Part shown: positions 49,594-59,263 of the stretch, in pieces | Layout of the letters: each line of letters starts with the position of its first letter | Position numbering within the stretch: the stretch's first letter is position 1 | Assembly (NCBI GenBank): GCA_037444405.1 | Contig: JBBIML010000006.1 | Span: 32,001-96,000, forward strand | From: Armatimonadota bacterium | GTDB lineage: Bacteria; Armatimonadota; Fimbriimonadia; Fimbriimonadales; GBS-DC | Reading direction: 5' to 3' | DNA: 64,000 nucleotides | Translations under genes and position numbers: made by a program | The notes under the pieces: model-generated | What the model was told of the DNA's origin: nothing | The model's input: the letters and a program-made list of their open reading frames with translations, nothing else | Databases searched by the model: none

Positions 49594-51039
49594 TCAGAGG
49601 ATTATATCCTCAATCACGCGCCCGGCGACATCGGTCAGGCGGAAGTTGCGCCCCTGATACCAGTAGGTCAGGCGCGTGTGGTCAATCCCCATCAGGTGCA
49701 GGATGGTGGCGTGCAAGTCATGCACATGCACGGGGTTCTCCGCCACATGGTAGCCGAGTTCATCGGTGGCGCCGTAGGTGATGCCGGGCTTGACCCCGCC
49801 ACCCGCCATCCAGATGGTGAAGGCGCGCGGGTGGTGGTCGCGTCCGAGATAGGTGGAGCCGCCGCGCCCCTCTTTCATCGGCGTGCGCCCGAACTCACCG
49901 CCCCAGATGACCAGCGTATCCTCCAGCAACCCGCGCTGCTTGAGATCAATAATTAGCGCGGCGCAGGCGCGATCCACCTCGTTGCAGAGGCGCGGCAACG
50001 CTTTGGAGATGCTGTCGCTTTCGAACGCGCCGTGATGGTCCCAGCCGCGATGGTAGAGCTGCACAAACCGCACGCCGCGCTCCACCAGCCGCCGTGCCAG
50101 CAGGCAGTTGTTCGCGAACGACGGCTTGCCCGGCGTCGTGCCGTACAGCTGGTGGATATGCTCTGGCTCCTTGCTGATGTCCATCAGCTCAGGCACGCTG
50201 CTCTGCATGCGGTATGCCAGCTCGTAGGCGTTGATGCGCGTCTCGATTTCGGGGTCGCCCACCGATTCGAGCTTCATGCGGTCGAGGTCGCTGATGGCTT
50301 CGACGGTCTCGCGCCGCACTTCGGCGTCGATGCCGTCGGGGTTGGACACATACAGCACAGGGTCGCCCTTGCTGCGGAACTCCACGCCCTGATAGACGGT
50401 GGGCAAAAAGCCGCTGCTCCAGCAGGCGTGCCCGCCGTCAGGTCGGTTCGCGCCTGAAATCAGTACCACGAAGCCCGGCAAATCCCGATTCTCTGTGCCC
50501 AGACCGTAGGTGAGCCATGAACCCATGCTGGGACGCCCTGGCAGCTGATGACCCGTGTTCATATAAATCTGCGCGGGCGCGTGATTGAACTGATCGGTCT
50601 GCATCGAGCGGATGATACAGAGGTCGTCAGCAATCTGGGCGATATGGGGCAACAGCTCGGAGATTTCCTGACCCGACTGACCGTGCTTGCTGAACTTATA
50701 GGGCGAGCCAAGCAGAATCGGGCGCCCCTTGATGAAGGCGAACCGCTCGCCCTGGATCAGGCTCTCCGGGCAGGGCTGACCGTCGTAGCGTTGCAGGGTC
50801 GGCTTGTAATCAAACAGGTCGAGCTGGGACGGCGCTCCTGCCATGAACAGGAAGATAATCCGTTTGGCGCGCGGCTTGAAGTGCGGTTTTTTCGGCGCGA
50901 GTGGGTCAATCGCGGCGAGCAGCTTCTCGTTCAGCAGGGCGTTCAGCGCGAGCGCACCGATTCCATAGCCGCACATCCGAAAGAAATGGCGGCGCGTAAT
51001 CTGCTTCAATGTCTCCTGATCCAGCTTTTGTGAGCGCAT
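49594..51039 (-). CDS. DUF1501 domain protein (sulfatase-like fold, Tat-type signal)
   Basis: [64 protein letters not shown]. Confidence 0.93.
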   Translation of the reverse strand: MRSQKLDQETLKQITRRHFFRMCGYGIGALALNALLNEKLLAAIDPLAPKKPHFKPRAKRIIFLFMAGAPSQLDLFDYKPTLQRYDGQPCPESLIQGERFAFIKGRPILLGSPYKFSKHGQSGQEISELLPHIAQIADDLCIIRSMQTDQFNHAPAQIYMNTGHQLPGRPSMGSWLTYGLGTENRDLPGFVVLISGANRPDGGHACWSSGFLPTVYQGVEFRSKGDPVLYVSNPDGIDAEVRRETVEAISDLDRMKLESVGDPEIETRINAYELAYRMQSSVPELMDISKEPEHIHQLYGTTPGKPSFANNCLLARRLVERGVRFVQLYHRGWDHHGAFESDSISKALPRLCNEVDRACAALIIDLKQRGLLEDTLVIWGGEFGRTPMKEGRGGSTYLGRDHHPRAFTIWMAGGGVKPGITYGATDELGYHVAENPVHVHDLHATILHLMGIDHTRLTYWYQGRNFRLTDVAGRVIEDIIL

Positions 51040-51045
51040 GGTTTT

Positions 51046-53931
51046 TTACTCCTTCGTGATTGTTTCGTCCAGGTTGAGCATCACATGGGCGACCATGGTG
51101 AGCGCGGCGAGGCTGGCGTCGTCGTTGCCGACGAGTTTGCGTGTCGCCTCCCGATTGGCGCGGTAGCGTTCGAGCATGCGCTCGTAGAGCTGGCGCAATC
51201 GGTTCAGCTCCTGTGGTTGTGGGTAGCGCGCGGTGCAGCAGCGGAAGCCGTACTGGATGGCTTTTTCGATGGAGCCGCGCCCCGCTTTCTGCATGCGTTT
51301 TGCCAGCCCCTGCGCCGCCTCCATATACACAGGGTCGTTCAGCAGCACGAGCGCCTGCAGGGGCGTGTTCGTGCGCGGGCGGTTGGCAGTGCAGACCTCG
51401 CGCGAGCTGGCATCGAACGCCACAAATGACGGATAGGGCGCCGAGCGCCGCCAGAAGGTGTAAATCCCGCGCCGATAGCGATCCTCGCCCTCGCTCATCA
51501 CCCAGCGGTCGGCGTTGAACGGGATGTCCCACACGCCTTCAGGCTGATAGGGGAACACGCTCGGACCGCCAATCTTGCGGCTCAACAGCCCGCCAATCGT
51601 CAGCGCGTTATCCCGAATCAGCTCGGCTTCGAGGCGATGGCGCGGTCCGCGGGCATAAAGCGTGTTCTTCGGGTCGCGCTCCAGCAGTGCGGGCGTGATG
51701 TGCGAAGATTGCCGATAGGTGGCACTGGTAACAATCAGTCGATAGATGGCTTTCATGCTCCAGCCGCGCTCCATGAACTCCACGGCGAGCCAGTCGAGCA
51801 GCTCGGGATGGGTGGGGTAGGCGCCCTGCGTGCCGAAGTTATCGCTGGTTTCGACCAGCCCGCGCCCGAAGCAGGCTTCCCACATGCGGTTGACCTGCAC
51901 GCGCGCGGTGAGCGGGTTCTCACGCGAGACGAGCCACTTCGCCAGCCCCAGCCGATTGCGCGGCGCATCGGGCGGGAAGGGATTCAGCACCGCTGGCGTG
52001 TCCGCCTCCACCGCCTCGCCCGGATGGGTGAACTCGCCCCGAACGCGAATCTCCGCTTTGAGGGGTCCGTTTGGCGGGTTGTCCTCCATCACGAGCGTGG
52101 TGGGGATTTGCGCCTCCAGCTGGCGTTTCGCTTCCTCCACCTCGCGCACCAGCAGGGCGTCGGAGCCTGACGCGCTGACGCGGAACCTCCCCAGCACATG
52201 CTGCTTCCAGCGCTGCGATTCGAAGCGCAGGGTCAGCTTCAGCGTGGCATCGCGCCGAACACGCACGGGTTTCTCAAACAGCAACCCCAGCTCGTGCGGC
52301 TCGCTCACGCGCGGAACGATTGCCCAGCCCTGCTCTTGTTGCGGCTCGGAGCGTGTCAGCACGCTGATATCGAAGCCGTCCTGCACGAAGTCAGCGAACG
52401 CCACGCGCAGGCGCAACGGCTCGCCATTCAGCGTGACCGACACACCCGTCAGAATGAAGTTGCCGCTGTCGGCACGCCCAGAGCCTTTCTGTGGGAAGCT
52501 CTCATCAGGGATGGCTTCAATCCGAATCGCCCGATAGCGCCCCGCTGGCAAACGCAGCTTGAGGTGATACACATCCTGGTCGGGCGTGTCGCCTTCCGCT
52601 TTGAGGGAGCCATCGGGTAGCGACTTCAGCTGGCTCCCCTTCTCCGCTTTGACCGCCAGCACGGATAGCGTTCGCCATTCGGGCGGATTCGGGTACCGCT
52701 GGCGCAGTTGCGCAAGGCGTTTTTCGAGGGCTTCCAGCTGGCGTTGCTGTTCGGGCGTGGGCGCCCGGATCTGGGCTTCCAGCCACTTCTCTTCACCGAC
52801 GCTCGCATCGCCCACAGGGTAAATCTTCGAGTTATTGAAGAACGCCAGCATCGCGTAGTAGTCGCGCTGGGTGAAGGGGTCGTACTTGTGGTCGTGGCAG
52901 CGGGCGCAGCCGAAGGTGATGCCCAGCCACACCGTCGCGGTGGTGTCCACCCGATCTACCAGCTTCATGAAGTGCGCCTCCGCCTGATCCACACCCCCCT
53001 CCAGATTCTGCATCGTGTTGCGGTGGAAGCCCGTCGCGATGCGCTGCTCCAGTGTCGGGTTCGGCAGCAGGTCGCCCGCAATCTGCTCGATGGTGAACTG
53101 GTCAAACGGCATATCTTTGTTGAACGCCTCAATCACCCAGTCGCGGTAGCGCCAGATGGAGCGTCGCAGGTCTTTCTCATAGCCGTCGGTGTCGGCATAG
53201 CGTGCCAGATCGAGCCAGATTCGCGCCTGACGCTCACCATAATGCGGCGACTGGAGCAGGCGATCCACCAGCCGCTCGTAGGCGTCGGGACGCTTGTCGC
53301 GTAAAAAGGCGTCCACCTCTTCGGGGCTGGGCGGTAGACCAATCAGATCGAGATAGACGCGCCGTATCAGCACCTCTTTAGGCGCTTCGGGCGACGGTTG
53401 CAGCCCTTCCTGCTCCAGCCGATGCAAAATAAACGCATCGATGGGGTTGCGCACCCATGCGCGATTTTTCACTTCGGGGATGGGCGGGCGTTCAGGCTTG
53501 ATGAACGCCCAGTGTTTGGCGTTCTCCGCGCCTTCGGGCCATTCCGCGCCCTCGTTGATCCAGCGTTTGATGGTCTCGATATGTTCGGGTGAGAGCGCGG
53601 TCAGTCCCTTCGGCATGCGGGGACCCAGCTCCTCGCCGCTAATGCGTTTCACCAGCAGGCTGGCTTCGGCGTTGCCGGGGATGATCACGGGTCCGCTGAC
53701 GCCGCCCTTGAAGGCGTCTTCGCGATTGGACAGGCGCAGACCGCCGTTGCGCCTGGTGGGTCCGTGGCAGGGGAAGCATGAGGCTTTGAAGATGGGCAGC
53801 ACCTCGCGGGCGAAGTCCACCCGGCGCTGGGTGGGTTTGGGCGCGGGCACAGACGCCTGCCACGCCAGCCCTATCAGCAGGGCAGGCAATCCACCATAGA
53901 GCCACCAGAACAGCGCGCCACTTTTCATCAC
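51046..53931 (-). CDS. Planctomycete cytochrome C + DUF1549 + DUF1553 (PSD1) protein
   Basis: CFPCHG, HWAF, NPIDAFI, WLDLARYADT, CARCHDHKYDP, NPLTARVQVNR, THPELLDWLA, NTPLQAL; start GTG 53931 or ATG 53928. Confidence 0.93.
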   Translation of the reverse strand: MMKSGALFWWLYGGLPALLIGLAWQASVPAPKPTQRRVDFAREVLPIFKASCFPCHGPTRRNGGLRLSNREDAFKGGVSGPVIIPGNAEASLLVKRISGEELGPRMPKGLTALSPEHIETIKRWINEGAEWPEGAENAKHWAFIKPERPPIPEVKNRAWVRNPIDAFILHRLEQEGLQPSPEAPKEVLIRRVYLDLIGLPPSPEEVDAFLRDKRPDAYERLVDRLLQSPHYGERQARIWLDLARYADTDGYEKDLRRSIWRYRDWVIEAFNKDMPFDQFTIEQIAGDLLPNPTLEQRIATGFHRNTMQNLEGGVDQAEAHFMKLVDRVDTTATVWLGITFGCARCHDHKYDPFTQRDYYAMLAFFNNSKIYPVGDASVGEEKWLEAQIRAPTPEQQRQLEALEKRLAQLRQRYPNPPEWRTLSVLAVKAEKGSQLKSLPDGSLKAEGDTPDQDVYHLKLRLPAGRYRAIRIEAIPDESFPQKGSGRADSGNFILTGVSVTLNGEPLRLRVAFADFVQDGFDISVLTRSEPQQEQGWAIVPRVSEPHELGLLFEKPVRVRRDATLKLTLRFESQRWKQHVLGRFRVSASGSDALLVREVEEAKRQLEAQIPTTLVMEDNPPNGPLKAEIRVRGEFTHPGEAVEADTPAVLNPFPPDAPRNRLGLAKWLVSRENPLTARVQVNRMWEACFGRGLVETSDNFGTQGAYPTHPELLDWLAVEFMERGWSMKAIYRLIVTSATYRQSSHITPALLERDPKNTLYARGPRHRLEAELIRDNALTIGGLLSRKIGGPSVFPYQPEGVWDIPFNADRWVMSEGEDRYRRGIYTFWRRSAPYPSFVAFDASSREVCTANRPRTNTPLQALVLLNDPVYMEAAQGLAKRMQKAGRGSIEKAIQYGFRCCTARYPQPQELNRLRQLYERMLERYRANREATRKLVGNDDASLAALTMVAHVMLNLDETITKE

Positions 53932-53940
53932 TGGGATATT

Positions 53941-53967
53941 ATACATCCGTCATAGCCCGATTCCTGC
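53941..53967 (-). promoter_or_regulatory. Sigma-H-like promoter motif upstream of PSD1-DUF1501
   Basis: GCAGGA atcgggctatgacggat GTAT (continues as GTATAAT). Confidence 0.7.
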
Positions 53968-53976
53968 TTCGCTGGG

Positions 53977-54717
53977 CTATACCAGACCTGTGGAGGAGCG
54001 GGAGGGGTCCAGTTCGGGGCAGTAGAGCAGGCGGGCGCAGTTCTCACAGGTGATGAGTTCAGCTTCGTGTTCCATCCGTTTGAGCAGGTAGGGCGTCAGC
54101 ACGGTGTGGCAGAAGTCGCAGGCATTTTTCACCACGCGGGCGACAGCGATCTCGCCCAGCCGCTGACGAATGAGTTCGTACCGCTCCAGCGCTTCCGGGT
54201 CGATCTGCTGCGCCAGCTCCGCCCGCTGCTGCTCGTGGAAACGAATCTCGCTCTCCAGCGCTGCTTTGCGCTGGTAGTATTCCTGCAGGTAGGCTTCGTA
54301 TCGCTGCTCGATCGCCTCCATCTGCTGCTGCGAGTAGTCGATGCGGGCGCGCAGGTTCTCCATCCGTTCCCACATCTCCAGCAGGCGGATGTCCAGCTCA
54401 GCGCGGCGCTGCTTGAGGTAGTCGATATCTTTTTGAAGGGCGGCGAGTTCTTTGGGGTTGCGCACGCGCCCCGAATAGAGTTCTGGCTCCGCCTCGCGCA
54501 GTTTCTCATCGAGCATGCGCAGCTGGAGTTCCTGATCGACGGCGTCGGCGTGGATGCGCTCGTATTCGCGCTTGATCTGCTCCAGCACCTGCCGCTGCTG
54601 CTGAATCTCGACTTGCAACTGTTCACCGGGGTCGAGCTGTGCCAGGTGGCGGCGCAGCTCGGCAATATACAGGTCGAGCTGTTGCAGTTCATACAGCAGC
54701 GGCATCGCTGGATGCAT
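53977..54717 (-). CDS. Coiled-coil protein with C4-type zinc ribbon (DUF164)
   Basis: LYELQQLD, NPKELAALQKDI, CDFC and CENCARLLY; GGAGG RBS. Confidence 0.9.
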   Translation of the reverse strand: MHPAMPLLYELQQLDLYIAELRRHLAQLDPGEQLQVEIQQQRQVLEQIKREYERIHADAVDQELQLRMLDEKLREAEPELYSGRVRNPKELAALQKDIDYLKQRRAELDIRLLEMWERMENLRARIDYSQQQMEAIEQRYEAYLQEYYQRKAALESEIRFHEQQRAELAQQIDPEALERYELIRQRLGEIAVARVVKNACDFCHTVLTPYLLKRMEHEAELITCENCARLLYCPELDPSRSSTGLV

Positions 54718-54726
54718 GGTGTCCTC

Positions 54727-56598
54727 CTATGAGGTCACAAAGCGGCGCACCCGATTGCGAATGGGCTTGTTGATCTCCTTCTCCTCCAGATGCCACACGG
54801 TGGAGCCTTTGTGCAGCTCGAAGCAGGGATAGGCACTCAGCAGGGAGGCGGTCAGATCGCGCCGGGTACGCCGCACCACATTCAGCTCGTTGTGCAGGGT
54901 GATGAAGTCGGCGCCGGTCGGATGCTGGCGCAACACCTCAATCAGCAGGTGGTAGGTGGACATCGTGTCGGCTTTGCTCTGCAGATCCAGCAGTTTCTGC
55001 ATGCGTGCGGGCGGAATGAAAAGCAGGGGGTCCACATCGCCCGTGTAGATGAACCGATACACATCGGGTCGGTCGGTGCGGTGCAGTTCGAAGATGGCGC
55101 CGGAGCGCACCTCCAGCTCGGCGAATCGGTCGAACAGCCCGAACAGCAGGTGGTTGGTGTAGTTGAGCCATATCTCATATTCGCGTCCCTGCTCGTCGAT
55201 GAAGGTGAGCTGCTGGATATCGGGCGTGTCCTCGAAGAAGCCTGCCGGAATCTGGCATAGCGGCAGCGTGCCCAGATCGGTGTGGGGCAGACGCAGCACC
55301 ACTCGCACCACGCTCGGAATCTCTTCGGGTCGAACAAGCGAATCCTCGTCGCCCACATCCTGCACGCGCAGGTCGTGAATTTCCTGACGCAGCGGGCGTG
55401 GGTAAGCCGCTTCATGCACCATAATGTCGTATCGTTCGCCCTGCTCGTTGCGCACATCGGGCAGGGGCGGGAACGAGAAGGCGGCGGGCACCTCCAGCAC
55501 ATAGGGTGGCACATCGCTCTGGCGCCCGAACCGATCATAGCCAAACCATGCGATGCGCATGTCGGCGATCAGCGCGGAAATCAGCGTGTCCAGGTCTTCA
55601 CGGAAGGTTCGACTGGCAGGCGAGACTTCGAACATCTCCTCCAGAATGTCCGCTGCATGCACGATTCCGGGCTGATTGAGGATATGCGTGACAATCTGCT
55701 CCACTTCGTCGGGGCGCAGTTCCAGCGGCTGCATCTCCTCTTCGGGCAGCTGGCGGTGCAGTTCTTCAGCTAACCGCAGGGCGCGCTGAAGCCATTCCGC
55801 ACGCACCGATTCGGGATACCATCGCCCATCGCTCCCCCACACATACGCGCCCGACTGGTAAATCTGGTCGAAAATCGCCACCGGGTCATACGGATAGACC
55901 CAGCGCGGGTCGGGCGAGAGCGTGAGGTACCATCCGAGGAAGCCCAGCACGCGGTTTGGCAGTGGCTCCTTGACGCTCTGCAGGAACCGCAGCGGCGTGT
56001 CAGGCTTCTGCCAGTCGAGCTTGCGGGCTTCTTTGAGGTACGGCTCCACCTCCTGCCAGGTGAGGTCGTTATAGAAGAGGGCGTCCTGCGCCGCGCGCTC
56101 GCGCTCCTCCGCACGCTCCCACTCATACGGGATGGGCTCGATCCAGTCGGGCACAAACAGCCACTCGCGCAGCCCGATCAGCCCGCTGTGGGTGCAAAAC
56201 AGCGTCTCTGAATTCTGGCACACGCGCGGCAGGATGGTCTCGTAATATTCGAAGCTCCGCCGATAGTGCGCCCCACATTCGCGCGCGATCTTCTCCACCG
56301 GGATGGGACTGCCCACCATGCGTACCACGCGCTCCACGAAGGCGACCAGCGGCAGGCGCGGCGATACCTTGCGATAGAGCGGCAGCCAGCGCCGCTCCTC
56401 CTGCAGGAAGCGCGACGGCTCGTTCAGCAGCACCGCGCGCAGCACCGCCGTGTTCAACGACAGATGTTGCAGGCGCGCCGTCAGTTCATTCGTGCGCAAC
56501 GGAACCAGCGAATCCACCATAAACGCCTGCAAAATCTCGCCCAGCAAATAGTCCATCGCCAGACGGTCTTTTGGATCCTGTACCAGTGTCTCTATCAT
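54727..56598 (-). CDS. Hypothetical protein with several winged-helix-like modules
   Basis: Start moved to ATG 56598 (GAGGG RBS); segments ending GLIGLREW and CFELHKGSTVWHL resemble wHTH modules. Confidence 0.65.
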   Translation of the reverse strand: MIETLVQDPKDRLAMDYLLGEILQAFMVDSLVPLRTNELTARLQHLSLNTAVLRAVLLNEPSRFLQEERRWLPLYRKVSPRLPLVAFVERVVRMVGSPIPVEKIARECGAHYRRSFEYYETILPRVCQNSETLFCTHSGLIGLREWLFVPDWIEPIPYEWERAEERERAAQDALFYNDLTWQEVEPYLKEARKLDWQKPDTPLRFLQSVKEPLPNRVLGFLGWYLTLSPDPRWVYPYDPVAIFDQIYQSGAYVWGSDGRWYPESVRAEWLQRALRLAEELHRQLPEEEMQPLELRPDEVEQIVTHILNQPGIVHAADILEEMFEVSPASRTFREDLDTLISALIADMRIAWFGYDRFGRQSDVPPYVLEVPAAFSFPPLPDVRNEQGERYDIMVHEAAYPRPLRQEIHDLRVQDVGDEDSLVRPEEIPSVVRVVLRLPHTDLGTLPLCQIPAGFFEDTPDIQQLTFIDEQGREYEIWLNYTNHLLFGLFDRFAELEVRSGAIFELHRTDRPDVYRFIYTGDVDPLLFIPPARMQKLLDLQSKADTMSTYHLLIEVLRQHPTGADFITLHNELNVVRRTRRDLTASLLSAYPCFELHKGSTVWHLEEKEINKPIRNRVRRFVTS

Positions 56599-56660
56599 CG
56601 TTGTTATCCCTCGATCCACTCTCAGATAGTTCTCTCCCGCGTTGGCAGATGCGCCCAATA

Positions 56661-58307
56661 TTATGGCACATGGGCGCGCCATGCCGTGCGCAGATGCGTT
56701 AGCAGCCCCAGCAGCAGTCCGACCGCCAGCCAGCCCATCCCGGCACCCACCATCACCTGAAAAGAATCGATGGAGCTGGCGCGGAGAAATCCCGATGTGC
56801 GAGACATTTCCCCGATGAAGTCCAGCAGTGCCATCGGGAACCAGCACCACAGGATGGGACCCGCATCTTCGAAACGGTCGGGGAACTCGCCAATCAGCAG
56901 CGCCTGCAGCAGAAGGGGCATAATCATGAGCGCAATGGCGAGCGTGATGGCGAACCAGCGGGCGACGCCCAGCCCGTGATGCCCCACCAGCGCGGATGCC
57001 AGTCGCGCCACGCCCCACAGCAGAACCCAGACCCCGTACAGATAGAACATCACCGTGAACGCCGCCATCTGCTGAGCCAGCGTGAGCGCTTTCCAGACGC
57101 TGAAGCTGCCCAGCACCAGGGCGCCCGACACAACGAGCCACAGGAGCGTGATATAGGGCAGTGCGCCCGCCGCCGATGCCCGAAACATCCGCCACAGATT
57201 GAAAACGCCATCGTCCACCATCGGCTGCTCGTCCCGCCTGCCAATCGGGGAGACCAGCAGCACAACGAGACCCATTATGCCCGCAATCAGCAGGATCAGC
57301 AGAACCACGAACTCAAGCCCGCCTCCGACTGTCCGAATCGCGGTTGAAAACCCGGCCGCCATCAGGTACGCATAAAGCCCCGCGACCACGAGCAGCTGGC
57401 GACGGAAGGAGGGCAGCACATCTTTGTCGTAGAGTCCCACCCGTCGCGCCGCGCCCGTCATCACCAGTCGCACAAACAGCAGGCACACCGCGAGGCTGAC
57501 CACCCACGCGGGAATCTGCATCGTGCCCAGCTTGAGGTAGAAGCCCGCCACCAGCGGCGCACTGAACGGGTTCAGTACACCGAGCGGCGCCAGCAGCTCC
57601 TGACCCGTTAAACCCGCACCACCTGAAACGGTCATCGCCAGGCTGAACAGCACAAAGGGGAGCGTTGCGCCGAGATAGAAGAAGCAGAGCAGGTAGCCGC
57701 CGAACACCGCCCACATCGAGCTGCGCGAGTATGCCGAGGTGAACAGCGCGACCGCGCTCAGGCACAGCCCGCTCAGTGCCAGCATAAAGTAGCTCTCCAG
57801 CACTTCGCCGAAGGTCGTGCCGCCTAACAGCACGCACACCGCGCTGGCGGGCAATGTGAGTGCCAGCAACAGCACCAGAAAGGCGAACGAGCCGACCAGC
57901 TTGCCCGTGAGCAGCTCGCGCGCGCTGAGCGGGGTCGTGAGCAGCAGATCAAGCGTGCGTCGCTCCCGCTCCTGCGTAATGGCGCCCGCCGTCAGCCCCG
58001 GCGCAATTAGCACAATCAGCGCGGTCAGCGTGCCGAAAATCACCCAGTAGAACTGTTGCAGATAGGTCTGGGCGCGATAGGGGTCCATCGAAATCTGGCT
58101 GCCGAGCGTGCCCATGTAGGCGATGCCCACAATCAGCAGCAGAAAGAGCAGATACAGCGCCTGCAGCCAGTAGGCGCGCGCCAGCCGCACGCGCACGCGC
58201 AGCTCCCGCGCCACCACCGGATTGCCCACCACCTGCGTGACGATGCCCGTCCCGTAGCGCCACCAGTCGCGCCACCACGACCGCCGCACAACCGTTGCAT
58301 CCGCCAT
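56661..58307 (-). CDS. ABC-2 type transporter permease-like membrane protein
   Basis: NPVVARELR, APGLTAGAITQERERRTLDLLLTTPL...GKL, many TM helices. Confidence 0.88.
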   Translation of the reverse strand: MADATVVRRSWWRDWWRYGTGIVTQVVGNPVVARELRVRVRLARAYWLQALYLLFLLLIVGIAYMGTLGSQISMDPYRAQTYLQQFYWVIFGTLTALIVLIAPGLTAGAITQERERRTLDLLLTTPLSARELLTGKLVGSFAFLVLLLALTLPASAVCVLLGGTTFGEVLESYFMLALSGLCLSAVALFTSAYSRSSMWAVFGGYLLCFFYLGATLPFVLFSLAMTVSGGAGLTGQELLAPLGVLNPFSAPLVAGFYLKLGTMQIPAWVVSLAVCLLFVRLVMTGAARRVGLYDKDVLPSFRRQLLVVAGLYAYLMAAGFSTAIRTVGGGLEFVVLLILLIAGIMGLVVLLVSPIGRRDEQPMVDDGVFNLWRMFRASAAGALPYITLLWLVVSGALVLGSFSVWKALTLAQQMAAFTVMFYLYGVWVLLWGVARLASALVGHHGLGVARWFAITLAIALMIMPLLLQALLIGEFPDRFEDAGPILWCWFPMALLDFIGEMSRTSGFLRASSIDSFQVMVGAGMGWLAVGLLLGLLTHLRTAWRAHVP

Positions 58308-58330
58308 CCCGATTCACACCCCTCTGCTCG

Positions 58331-58357
58331 ATTCGCCCACCGAGCCGTTGCTCCTGC
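58331..58357 (-). promoter_or_regulatory. Sigma-H-like promoter motif upstream of the ABC permease
   Basis: GCAGGA gcaacggctcggtgggc GAAT, exact match to GCAGGA-N17-GAAT. Confidence 0.75.
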
Positions 58358-58366
58358 TAACGCGGC

Positions 58367-58580
58367 TCAATCCGCCAGCTCGTAGGTATAGTGCCGCTGC
58401 CCAGGTGCGGGGCGCGGTTGCGGACGCGGCGCCTTGCGCTCCACCCGACCATCCAGCCGCAAAATCAGCAGCACGCCCTTATCCCGGCCCCTGCGATGAA
58501 GGTTATCCCGCACGATGGGATAGTCGCCCCTGCGCTGCTTCAACACCCACAGCGGATCCTCCCAATTGATGCCAATGTGT
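58367..58580 (-). pseudogene. Possible C-terminal remnant of a pilin-like (H-Xn-DG) gene
   Basis: INWEDPLWVLKQRRGDYPIVRDNLHRRGRDKGVLLILRLDGRVERK...YELAD*, no plausible start or RBS. Confidence 0.35.
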
Positions 58581-58618
58581 TCCGACCGTGAGAGGTATAA
58601 TCGGTTCGGTGAGCGCGC

Positions 58619-59263
58619 ATGGCAGTGCAGACACTTGAGAAACCGAGAACGATTGGCTGGGAGGAATATCTGAACCTTCCGCTGACCACCTATGAGATTA
58701 TCGACGGAGAGGTGATTGAGCCGGCTACGCCAACCTTGAGACATCAAAATGTGCTGAGTGAGCTACTGGTGCGTTTGCGCCTTTTTGTGAAGGAGCGCGG
58801 GCTGGGGCAGGTTTTCCCTGCCCCCTTCGACCTTGTGATTCGGCGTCAGCCGTTGCGCACGCGCCAGCCCGACCTGTTCTATCTTTCGTACGCTCGCGCC
58901 GGCAATCTGGATGCGCTGCTGGATCAATCGCGTCTGGAGTTTGCACCTGATCTGGTGATTGAGGTACTGTCGCCGTCGGACACCCTGCGCATGTGGCGCG
59001 ATAAGCTGCACGACTACTACACGCTGGGCGTGCCCGAAGTGTGGTTGGTGGATATTGAGCAGGGCGAGATCGAGGTGCATGTTCGCGAGGAGCATGGGTA
59101 CAGCTCGCTCGGCTGGTTCTCCGGCGAGACCCCGCTGCCATCGCGCGTGCTGCCCGATCTGGTGTTGCTGCCAAAAACGCTGTTTGAGAGCGCGGGCGAG
59201 CCAGCCGCAACCGCCAAAAGCGCATCACCAGCCGTTAGTCGGCGTCGAGGTCGAACGGGCTGA
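58619..59263 (+). CDS. Uma2 (DUF820) family endonuclease-fold protein
   Basis: YEIIDGEV, PTLRHQ, RQPDLFY, APDLVIEVLSPSD, K..DY...GVPEVWLVD; TATAAT upstream at 58596. Confidence 0.92.
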   Translation: MAVQTLEKPRTIGWEEYLNLPLTTYEIIDGEVIEPATPTLRHQNVLSELLVRLRLFVKERGLGQVFPAPFDLVIRRQPLRTRQPDLFYLSYARAGNLDALLDQSRLEFAPDLVIEVLSPSDTLRMWRDKLHDYYTLGVPEVWLVDIEQGEIEVHVREEHGYSSLGWFSGETPLPSRVLPDLVLLPKTLFESAGEPAATAKSASPAVSRRRGRTG

